From contig JBHGNT010000014.1 of the NCBI GenBank assembly GCA_043228905.1, positions 18,972,001 through 19,036,000 on the forward strand: a DNA stretch of 64,000 nt, given 5' to 3'. Position 1 is the first letter of the stretch. Each line of letters opens with the position of its first letter. This document shows, in pieces, positions 40,085-51,140 of this stretch. The notes beneath the pieces were generated by a model. It was not told where the DNA came from. It searched no databases and was given only the letters and a program-made list of their open reading frames with translations. Source of the stretch: Azolla caroliniana. Its lineage: Eukaryota > Plantae > Polypodiophyta. The translations under genes were made by a program, and so were the position numbers.

Positions 40085-40423
40085 CATTAATGTCTACTTT
40101 TTCTACTCCGACAGAGTAGTACAAAAGAAGAAAGTACTTGACCTCAATCCGCTTCTCTTTATGCTTTAACCTAATGTGAGCCACAATCATGGACACTCCA
40201 CATGAATAAATTTACATGAATGCCAATTGCAATAACAAAAGGGTTATGCGTTACGGTACAAGTATGCCATTAATGTGTACTTTTTCTACTCCAAGGGAAT
40301 AGTACAAAAGAAGAATGGACTTGACCTCAATTGTCTTCTATTTACAGTTTAACCTAATATACGCCACAACTATGACACTCCAAATCAATAAATTTACATG
40401 AATGCCAAATGCGAAGGGTTATG
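40085..40423. repeat. Diverged direct duplication, period about 183 bp
   Basis: CATTAATGT.TACTTTTTCTACTCC...TAGTACAAAAGAAGAA...CTTGACCTCAAT...AATAAATTTACATGAATGCCAA...GGGTTATG starting at 40085 and at 40268. Confidence 0.88.
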
Positions 40424-41742
40424 GCTTCAGGTTTTTCTACTTTACGTAATAACCCAGATATTGAGGGTATAACAATGATGATACAATCTAACTGTACTGA
40501 CTTGTTACAAGAGTTAACCATCCTTTACACACCAATCCGCTCAACGCACACCAGTTGTTTTCATTAACATGTTATAAAACATAACCGGCTTTTTATCATC
40601 TTCGAATTCCACCATTCAATTAGTTAAAAACATTCCAATTCAAATTAATGACAAGTTGAGACATAGACTTCTGTTTTGCACACCACTGCAAATATTAGGA
40701 CAAAATAAGCAAAATTCATTTTGTAATATCTAATTTTGTTATAAATCACCAAGAGCTATACAACTTAATGATAGTCACTCAACAAAAAAAAGAGTGCCCC
40801 ATATCCAACGCTTACAACATGCCATCTATTGTGAACATAAAAACTCTTGAATCTTAAAATGAATTCATCCATTGAGAACTGGCAACCACAATTTTCCATT
40901 TTAATGGGTATTGCAACTCCCATTATTTCTCTGTTCCAGCAGCTCATGAACCTACGGATTCCAATAACACATGTAATGTCTTTTAAGTCCAAAAGAATAA
41001 TGAAACAAATACAACAAATGTCCGTCATACATCTTCAAAACACTTTTTAACTGAATTTGAAGACCCAACTGTCATTGTTAAGAATATGTAAACAGTGGGC
41101 AACCAATTGCCCATATTTTAAGAATAGATAAAACTATACAACCAATCTCGAGTTGATCATTGCTGTACGCAACGTATTCCGTCTCTTTGGATTGACATGT
41201 CCTGGAATACTACCACAACCAAAATATGTTGCATAACAAAACAGGACAAACACCCCAAAGCAATGCCTTAAAAATACTTGGCAAATGATTATAAAAATAG
41301 AAACAATTAGAAAAACGAATTCAACATACAAATCATCGGGAAAGGAATCATTGCGCGCACACCACACTTGGATAAACTTACTCCATGTTTGACTATATGT
41401 AAAGCCAAACTTATCTTGTGAAAATTAAATTCACATCTTCTCTTTTATAAATCATTTACCCACGTCCAATTGCTAAACCACACCAGAGAATATACACAAA
41501 AATTTGGCACACAAGATATCAATATCCATCACAACAATTCACGGTTCCCTATAAATTGCTCGACGAATGATAAATTATTAGAATATTATGATAACATCAA
41601 ACAGTCTTTAATCAGACAAATCAAGTTTGGAATAACAGGCGTGCTCTAACCATCATGGAAGATATGGTTTATGGAAAATCTACAGAACTTTAAACTGCTA
41701 ATGTTGATAGTGTATGGTTAGCATGCCGAATATTCATATTAC

Positions 41743-41857
41743 TACTGTAGAAACAGGCCGTTAATCAATACGTCGATTAACGATAACATCTCTTTTCATC
41801 ATATGCCACTGTCCAAGATGATTACCTTGCACATAGCTTGTTTTGTGCGACGGCATC
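41743..41857 (-). ncRNA. Candidate box H/ACA snoRNA
   Basis: Branched 5' hairpin (AUGCCG..UGGCAU); ANANNA hinge (AUAUGA or AAAAGA); 3' hairpin with stems AGAGAUG/UGUUUCU and GUUAAUC/GAUUAAC; terminal ACA-GUA. Confidence 0.45.
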
Positions 41858-42740
41858 GACAGAAAACAGATAATTCACCCTTAAATGGCCTCTAGCCATG
41901 ATGATGCCGCAGCCTTTGGATAACATGTCGCTCTTCAAGGATGAAAATGCACAGCAAAACTGCTAAATGCAATTAATGATGCAAACTTCCAGCACTACTG
42001 ATTCCACAACCACATTCGCTGTTAATCCATGTCAGTGTCTTTAATATAAATAAGTCCCAAATAATCACGCAAAATGAGAAACTACAACATGAATTCTTCT
42101 CTTAACCAGAGAGAACTATAATGTGATTCTCTGATAGAACTCGGTATCTCGGCAAAATTTGCTATAATTTACTGCGTTTCATTGCGCTAATAGACGCAAA
42201 CTTTGACAACTCGTATTCCTGCATAGAAGTTACAGTAATAAGTACCCATACACGAGTGTAAACTCTCACGAAGAATGGCTCCCATTACACCCTAAACCTC
42301 ACAATGTGATCAGACAGAAATGTCGGTGTATAAACAACAAGAAATGAGGAAAGATTCATTGATGACTTGCAAGGATCTACGTACTGAAGAGTTACCCTCA
42401 GTTGGATCTCCATCGCTGATATATACATAGGGTGCGTCATGTCCGAAGACGTACAAATTGCTTCATGTGAAGATTGATTAGACAGTGAAGCTGGTCAGAA
42501 CATCCGCAAATGTTTCTTCTTTACAGAAATCGGATTGACACATACAGAGACGCCTTCCGGTTACACGGTAGCGTTCACAGACTACACAACGTCTAGAAGA
42601 AAACTGACAGTTTAAAAGAAAACTCTGAACGCTGCTGCATTCTCCGGAACATAAATCGCAGCCTTACGAGACTAGAGAAGCCCTTTCATATGATCGACGC
42701 AAAGAAAAACAGAAGAAAGATCGGAAAAGAGAAGAAATGC

Positions 42741-42834
42741 AGTGATCAGAATTCTGTTCGAGGTTTGATTTCATAGTAGAGAGACTACACATCAATCCAA
42801 TAGGGAAACAAAGCTATGAATTCATCATGTCACT
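42741..42834 (-). ncRNA. Box C/D snoRNA, predicted 25S rRNA 2'-O-methylation guide (yeast-equivalent A2934; snoR18-like from memory)
   Basis: C box AUGAUGA at 42828-42822; D box CUGA at 42749-42746; 8-bp terminal stem UGCAGUGA/UCACUGCA; 11-nt guide UUCCCUAUUGG (42807-42797) complementary to 25S CCAAUAGGGAA, placed just before a D' box UUGA. Confidence 0.88.
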
Positions 42835-42987
42835 GCAGAGATAAAATCAGACCAAGAGAGAAAATAGAGACAAACACCGCTTAGGCATATACAGTCCACG
42901 GAGCGGCGGGGGCAGCAGCTTTCCTGAAAGCTTAAAGCGCGCAATGCGCAGAAGCGAGCTGCCATGGAAGCTTTAAATAAATATTTG

Positions 42988-42996
42988 AAACCCTAA
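42988..42996. promoter_or_regulatory. Telo-box (AAACCCTAA) with adjacent TATA-like element; likely snoRNA-cluster promoter
   Basis: About 150 nt upstream of the C/D snoRNA on the minus strand; TATTTATTTAA follows it; (CGGYT)n run at 43058-43097. Telo-boxes are typical of plant snoRNA and ribosome-biogenesis promoters. Confidence 0.6.
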
Positions 42997-43756
42997 TTTC
43001 CCCCACCCTTTCACACACATGAGTGGCTCACTCACATTATATCATTCGGTCAATGTTCGGCTCAGCTCGGCTCGGCTCGGTTCGGTTCGGTTCGGTTTAC
43101 TTACCCACGAATCGTCCGGCCTGAGTGGCTAGCCAAAAATCTGCATAGAATCACCAGGGTCCAAAAAAACCGTGAGGGAATTTCCCTCGTGAGGATAGAC
43201 CCGTTTGTCCAGACCTGATTTGCCCACGTCATGGAAATCTTCCGTCAATTACTTGTCGTCTATCTGGCCCGAGCAATCGGACGTAAGTTTGTGGTTCGGT
43301 GCCACATAGCATCACGTAGAGCCCAAAATAATGTATTCAAATCCCCCCATGAGGATGGACCTGATGCAAACCTGATTGCCCATGTCATGGAAATCTCACA
43401 ACAAGTTCCTTGTGGGCTTCTTCCTTCGCCTCCCAACTACCCACAGGGAAAGGCCGTTGCTCTTGCCCCAAAGCGAACTCATTTAATGAGGAAAGACCTG
43501 AGGTTGGCAAATGTGGCCTGAAACAAAACGCAAGTGGGTGTGTCGACTAGTTTGAGGACAATGCCTGGAACATCCTCTTTTTTTGCTTGAAAGATTTTCT
43601 TCAATAGTATTAAAAGCGTTTAAAGACTACAACTTGAAGTTATCTGCCCATAGCCTTACAACGTAGAATAAAAGATAATGTATGTACACTAAACCTTGTA
43701 TAAAGAATCAAGAGATGGATTCTTGTGAAGCGGAAGAGATGTGAGTTATGTGTGTG

Positions 43757-43793
<37 letters not shown>

Positions 43794-44399
43794 CAGAATA
43801 TGCAAGGTAAAAGTATATTGACAAAGGAGAAAGCCTCAACATTTTACAAGGTGGGAGGAGGTTGCTTTATGTAGTCACCCTCTCTCTTCATTAACTACAA
43901 GACTCATGGAGCATGGGGAATGTGAAAGCTCATAAGTTATGTGTCATAGAATATGATTCTATGACTCATACTAAATGCTAGAATACAAAGTGGTGACATA
44001 ATGGCGACTCTTGATTGTTTGAGTGTCTCTTCACTCTCAAGGTGAGTTCACACACTAGACCAAGTTGAGCTTGATTCTGAACACCTTGTACATACAAAAA
44101 CAACTTATATAGGGTTATTGAACCTTGATATGGTACATTAGCATGATGTTTTTATATTCAAGAAAGGATCCATGGAAGTTGATAGTTCCATTGAGGTCCT
44201 TGATTTGACACTACGAAGAGGAGCAACTTCCTCCATGAGTGAAGAAGCTTCATCCTTCTCTTATGAATATTTTCAAGAGAACCATTCATATTATCACGCT
44301 ACCCACGGACTACTATCAACAGTGTTTCCCATATCTCAAGTAGTACATCTGAAGGACCAAGCTTATTGCATCATAAAGTCGACTGCATCTACATTTCCA

Positions 44400-45000
44400 T
44401 AATACCCATAACGTTACCGTAGTCACAATTTTCCAAACCTAGACAGATCGCACCTGCTTTTGAGGTTGTTGAAACGGACTAACCGATATCAATCTTCTAT
44501 TGTGTACCGTCATGGCCTCTTGAATATTGTCTGCCTCATACAAAATTAAGTTGGAATGTAAAATTCCCACAGTGATGCTCCCCACGAGAACAAGCAACCA
44601 ACATCGATGGTTAGGATTAAAGAAAAAACTTTACTCCATAATTGTTGAGCCAAGGGACAAGACCATAGGGGATGCTTAGTAGTCTCCTAAGTTGCATAGC
44701 AAAATCCACATTGCCTAAGATTAGGTGCTACATTCCCTTTCAATGACAAGCCAACTGGTAATGTTGAATGCACTAATAGCCATCTAAAATAAATAAATAT
44801 AGTGGAACATCCTAGATTAGCTTTGATTCAAACAGTACAAGAGTTCTTGGACAAAGCCACTACACAACACCCCATAAATATAGCTAAAAACATGTTGTTG
44901 GAGGGCCGACAACTAAACCTACACGATATTTAATATTCCGATGTCTATAGAGTATTATATTGTTCATTGGGGTAACAAATCTCCTTAAATGATATTTAAG
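44400..45000 (-). mobile_element. Highly degenerate L1 ORF2 C-terminal (zf-RVT) remnant
   Basis: Minus strand reads IYFRWLLVHSTLPVG and QCGFCYAT*ETTKH..WSCPLAQQLWSK; boundaries approximate. Confidence 0.65.
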
Positions 45001-48000
45001 ATGGTTACATGTTTGGCATTGTGCACACATGGACTTCCAATTCAACAACTCAAAACATGCATGCCAATTCCTAGCTATAGCCATCTTAATGCCTTTCTTC
45101 TTGAATATTGAACAAAAAGGATGTATAATTAAGGAAAGAACAAGGGCGTCACATGCAAGTGATTCAAAGACTTTGTAGAGTTTGGAAGCGAGATGATTCA
45201 ACCCATTTTAGGAAACGCAATGAACATACTCGTAACTCTAGGTTAGATACATTCACTTAATTTCAAATTCGAAAGTGGTATATATTGCCCTTAACTTATT
45301 CATCAAAACACCTTACCCTTTTCTAGGATTATGTTTAAAATGACGGGCCATCATCTTTACTTACTCAATTTATGATGAGGGTTATCATATCAAATCAACC
45401 CACAAAGATTGTGGGGGTAACAACTATTAACACAAATATCGAGCCACCAACATTTCATGGAGATTCCCATGAATGTAAGACAAATATGATCTATATGTTT
45501 CTATAAAAGCATCACCACACCTTTGATGAATCATGAATATTTATGTCTTGTTTGTATTTGTTCAAATCCAATAAAGGATATTGTATCTTATTTGGAAATT
45601 TTGAGCTTCTAACTATTGCATTAATCTTCAAGTGTGTCTTCTCAACTCCACACACAAGGTTAATCGTAGAAATTAGTAAGTACTAAACGATAGAGCTTAA
45701 GCACATACCTGTTCTTTGTTCTGAAGACGAACAAGTACTACAATACTAAGCTCCTGAGCTAAAATGAGATGATAGGTTCTAGCTTAAAATGAGAGAAGTG
45801 AAGTAGAATACGCAAAGAGTTAAAATTTGACACGTATACTTCTCTTCACAAAAGTGGTTTGACCTAAGGTTTTTTCGTACTTAGGTAGAAATGTGGTCCT
45901 CTTATTTCAATCCTTAAGCACATTTTCTACCTTATTACATTAGCCTCGTAGGCTTGTGCAACGTGCTAATGTCATCCAGGAGGTGCCAGGGTGTAACATT
46001 TGACGAGAACTTAACAAATTATCCTACCAACAAAGCAAAAAGACAAATAGATGTGGTGCATATTGTAACATTTCTACCATTTGCATATCAAAGTTTTGTC
46101 AACCTAAAGTATCGTCTCATTGTGATGAGATGTATTTTGCTTGATTGCCGCCAACACCATAGAAAACCCCTTTCAAACCTTGTAACTTGTTTCATGTGTG
46201 GCACTATCAATGACGAAAGCATGTATATTTTGGACACACTTATGTTGTCTCATTGATAAACGGTGGTGGTATTATGATAAGAAACTAATTAAAAAGATTA
46301 CGGAAAATATGGATTGCAGGTGCTTAACCACCCTTGAGGCACAGGACAAATGATAAATACAAAAACCCATCTATGTCTTTTACCCACAAACAATGGCCTT
46401 GTTATTAAGGAAAATAATATCCGTTAATTTTTGTGGAGTCAAGATATTGCATGGAAGAAGCACCTTGTTACGCATATGAAGTTCCTCTTACATACAACGA
46501 AACAAACCTATATTGTGGAGCTTTTCCTCGTGAACAAAGTCCCACCATCATCCCTAAAATGTGTCATAGAAGAGGATAATTGGTTCCCTTCAAGCTCCTT
46601 ATAGTTAAGCACCTTAGGGCACCCACATCGTCACATGTTCCTTGGTGTCCCAAGTACTAGGATTACTTTTTTCTCACCTATCTTACCATTAAATCCTTTA
46701 CAATTAGTGCTTAACTATGCCCGCATCATCTACCAAGCGTATGTATTAAAGATTCTCAATGTACAATGGTTTTTTAATTAAACAATTCAATAATAGGCAA
46801 TGTTGTAGCAAATGATGGTATCTACTTGGATCTATAATGTTCAACAAGAATAATACCTTCTCTTAGGGATTTGCATGGGATCAAAATGTTTATAGGTTTG
46901 TTAGGCTATGTAATTGCAAAATTATTAGTGATTACACCAAAATCGTTGTTTCTACGAGTGACTATTTGTCAAACAATGTCAAGTATTTTCTCCCTCAAGA
47001 CATTACATAACAAAGAAGGCAAACACTCAACCAATATCACATATGCATTTTTATTTCAAATATGACCAAGCATATGAACAAAAGGACATGTTTGAGGAGT
47101 AACAATGCAATTGACATGACAATAATTGGTTGCTTGCAAAAAGGAAGGGTTAACATATGCATAAACATAAAGAGGTGAACGATGGACTATAATGATCCAA
47201 ACTATAGAGACTCACACAATGCGAGGGTGCACACTTAGGTGTATGACTATCTATTAGGCGATTGAAGGCTAACCAAACTTATGCATAAAAAACTAATGTT
47301 AGCTATGGTTTTTGCAACCTCAGCTTTCAAAAGCAGTGTATTGCCCTTTCATTGCAATAGTTTATCTAATCGTTTCATGACTTTGAAATATTGTGATGAG
47401 AAAAGTACATACAATGAATAAGTTGGTGTTGTTAAGCACATGCTCCTTATTAGTCGATCTTATAATCAAATAAAGAGATTGCATGTTTCTTATGTTGTTG
47501 ATGACTATTATGGAGGTAATGGACAATGCTAACAAAACTTTGCATGCATACACTAATTTTGGTAAGAGAAAAGATATATCTAGAGAGAAATAAGGTAGCT
47601 ATGAACATCTATCAAGCGAATAGATGATAGATGTATAGTTCTAGATATTTATAGACTTATATTACTAAGAAAATTAACTTGCATAGTGTGGCTACTAGTT
47701 TTATGTAAGTTTACAATTCAAATTGATTAAGAAAGAGTTCAATTCTTCACATGGCGACTTTTGTTAGCCATGGTTATTTTTTCTATTGCCTCAGCCCTAG
47801 AAATAGGAGCTTGCCTTCTTCTAAAGGCTTGATTTGAAAGTCATGCATATTTCATAGTTACATACACGAGATGCCCCTTGCACAACATTGACTTCCATTT
47901 GTGTTCGAAAAACAACATGACCAGAGCTTTAAATGTTACTACATATGTTAGTAGTTGCCTCACAAATACCCACTTGTACATATTTTGTTTAGAGATTGTG

Positions 48001-48680
48001 AGGCATTGTTCTTAAACCTAACTTCTATAGATTTTGAGTGTTATAAGCAAATAAGTAAGGAGTTCACATTGCACGCGTTAACTACAACATAATGATGAGA
48101 TAATTGAATGACCATATCTTAAAAGGAAAGATATATCCATGAATTAATATAGCTATTACATAAGCTCATGACCTTGAACACTATATGGCTTGTATTGGAA
48201 GACACGATTATGCATGCATCCATGGCATCAAAGGGGAGCTGCGACAGTTGCCATTGGCCTAGAAAATCACGTGTATGTACTTAGTTTCCTTCAACATTCC
48301 CACCATGATCTTATCCAAATTGGATGATATTGAGAGTGTTAATAAAAAAACAAGGTAACATGATGATGGCAACACAAACAACAAAATCTTATAGTTAACC
48401 CAAGAACCATTTGTCTTTTCATTTTATCTTTAGTATTTGTCTATTGTGTTGTGAGCATATTTCAAGTTCAATCATTACGCAATGATGACAAACTTACCTA
48501 TATACCACGATATCTAATTTCTATGGTAGATTCTTTCTTATTTTTCTAGGCCTTGTTATGCTAGATCTTTTCAAGGCCATTTCATTCTTGTCTCTAGCTC
48601 CACATAGCCAACTATTTGTCTATGCATTTATGTTAGGAGGCTTCTTTTGGTGAGTGGTGAGCAAGTGGTAGGCAAACTTT

Positions 48681-51140
48681 TTTTTTTCCCCCAAAAACAA
48701 CACTACTTCCCATTAGTTAGCAAAAGAAGTACATCAAAGATCAGCCATAATCAAAACATCATAATCCCCACCCTACTATTTACAAAAAAAGTATCACGTT
48801 AACACTTTGTACATGGTGACCACATATTTACAACTCCTGTCCATTCATGGAAGCCAATGGTGGAAACAACCATCTCGGTGCTTGGTAGTCCCATTTAGGC
48901 CCTGACGCTGAATTTACCATCATAGGAGAATGATCCCATTTCAGCAAAAACTTCGATCAAGCCCTTTCTGCTTCATCCGAGTTCCCTTCAATCGAGTTGT
49001 ATTGTCCGCGCAGCCAAGATACCAGCTCGAACCAAATGTTTAGCAACACCTCACCACTTGGGAGTTTTCGTTGCTGAAAAACAAACATACATTGTCTGGT
49101 CCAAATGTGCCAGACTGAGAAGCATGCCACCAACATCCATATCTCCTAAAAGAAACCAGAGTTTGTACCAGGTTCCACTCCAACACATTTGAATACACTG
49201 CCGCCCTGCATTATAAAACCATGACCATGTGGATTTAGATGTTTCGCCCAACCTTCCTTAATTAGTTTCAAACCCTGTAAGGACCCCCACACAACTCTCC
49301 CATTCACACCGCATGTTGCCACTATCTTGAGACTTCGACCCCAAATGCTGATTGCCTCTGCACAGTTCCAAAAACAGTGAGGTATCGATTCCAAAGAGTG
49401 ACCACATAACGTACAACTAGCCTCCGCACCATGGAACCTCATCCACTCCCCTACGGGTAACGCCTTATGACTAAGAAGCCAAAACCACACCTTTATTTTT
49501 TCTGGCATATTTGATGCCCATAGTCTCCTCCAAAATGACTTTAACAAGTCATCTAATATGCCTTTATCCCTCCAACTATTGTGAGTCTAAGCAACGCCCA
49601 CTGATTTGGAGCCAATGATTTGCCTTCCGAGCTTAGAACTATAATAAAAAAAACCCTCCAGTTTGTTCGTTCCCGGTTTCTACCACCATACCTCTAGTGG
49701 ATCCCACTCCAAATCATGTAGAGGCTTGTTGTCAAATAGCCATAGTTTACAATCAGTATCTAGATTCCCTGGGTCCGGGTTTACTTGCCACTTCTTACCT
49801 TCCAACACTGCCACCCCCACTGCCAACCAATGACCATTGTCGAACAAAGCACTTAGGTTTCCCCACAAACGATATTCATTAGATGGACACTTGCCACATA
49901 TAATTTGTCCATCACTCTCACCTACAAACCACCCAGACCAGACCCCCTCTTCCTTATTCAACTGATCTAGACCATCAACAACCTTATTTATAAGTTGGGT
50001 CACCTTCTCAAGCCTACAAGAAATGCTATCAAACTGACCCTCACTCCTCTTCATTTTGAAAACATCCCATTCTCTTACTGAAGTAATATTGTACCCTAAC
50101 ATGCGACCCCATGGCAAATATTTTTTCTGTCCAAGCATCATGCCGTCCTCGCTTCTAATCATAGGGTTCCAAAATAGCGGTTGTCAGAGTTGTTCCTCCA
50201 ATGTTTTCGGTTGCATTAAGACCAACCCTTCTCTTACACTTGACCAAGCCATCATTATGGCACGGGCCACCCTGTCCTCCATGCTAGTTGGTTCTTTCAC
50301 CTTTAGATCTGGATTGAACAACCACCACATCTTTGCCTTCCAAGGGCCGCCATTCCTTGGACACCAAAGGTCAGCTCTGTCCCTAAGAAGCATCTTCCAC
50401 AATTCAGGTCCAGGTTGTAAACTTCGCACAAGTGGCTTACCGAGTAAAGCCTTACTTTGGTGAACTAGATCCACCAACCCAAGTCCACCTTGGTTTTTCG
50501 CCTTGATCAAACAACTCCACGCCACTTTAGCTGATGCCCTCTCATGGTCTCTACCCGACCATAGGAACCCTCTCACCATTGGCTTAATATTTTTGATGCA
50601 AGTTTTGTCTAACACCCAACATTGCACCGAGTGCCACATGGTGGATAACAAAATGTGGTTTACCACGACCACCCAACCTGCAAGAGAAAGCTTTACTGAT
50701 GCCCATACCCGAAGCTCTTTTCTGATTTTGTCTTTCACTTGCTCAAGTTGCTGATTTTGTCGGGCAAGGGTGCCCGTTGGCCCCCTACCTTTATTTATTC
50801 ATTGTAGAGGCATTCTCTTTCTTTTTAAACAGACCAGATGCAGGAATAAGGGGATTAGTTGTCCCACATGCAGGCAAGGAGTTGTTGGACTCATCATACG
50901 CAGATGACACTATGCTCTATCTACAAGGCAATGATGATAATTTACAGCTTGTTGAAAGACGGATTGAGTTGTTTTGTAGTGCGTTAGGAGGGAAAATCAA
51001 TTGGAACAAAAGCAAAGGATTTTGGGTAAGTTCAAACCCATGGCCTCTTTGGTGCCCTAATGCTGATTTTCAATGGGTCCCCAATGGAATGACTGTTAAA
51101 TATTTGGGTTTTTTGGTGAGCGTTGAGACACCTAAAAACC
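48681..51140 (-). mobile_element. 5'-truncated, 5'-inverted L1 LINE
   Basis: Poly(A) as a T-run at 48678-48687; ORF2 3' half on the minus strand to about 50758; RT segment GQGCPLAP..YADD..VKYLG inverted on the plus strand at 50760-51140; TSD AGTGGTAGGCAAACTTT at 48664-48680 and 51141-51157. Confidence 0.93.

Noticed and set aside
42289-42298. Telomerase RNA template (ACCCTAAACC)
   Set aside because: It is on the strand opposite the snoRNA cluster, and no USE/TATA Pol III promoter was recognised.
42825-42965. 46-codon minus-strand ORF (MAARFCALRALS...)
   Set aside because: It overlaps the snoRNA C box and has no recognisable motif; it is more likely the leader of the snoRNA precursor.
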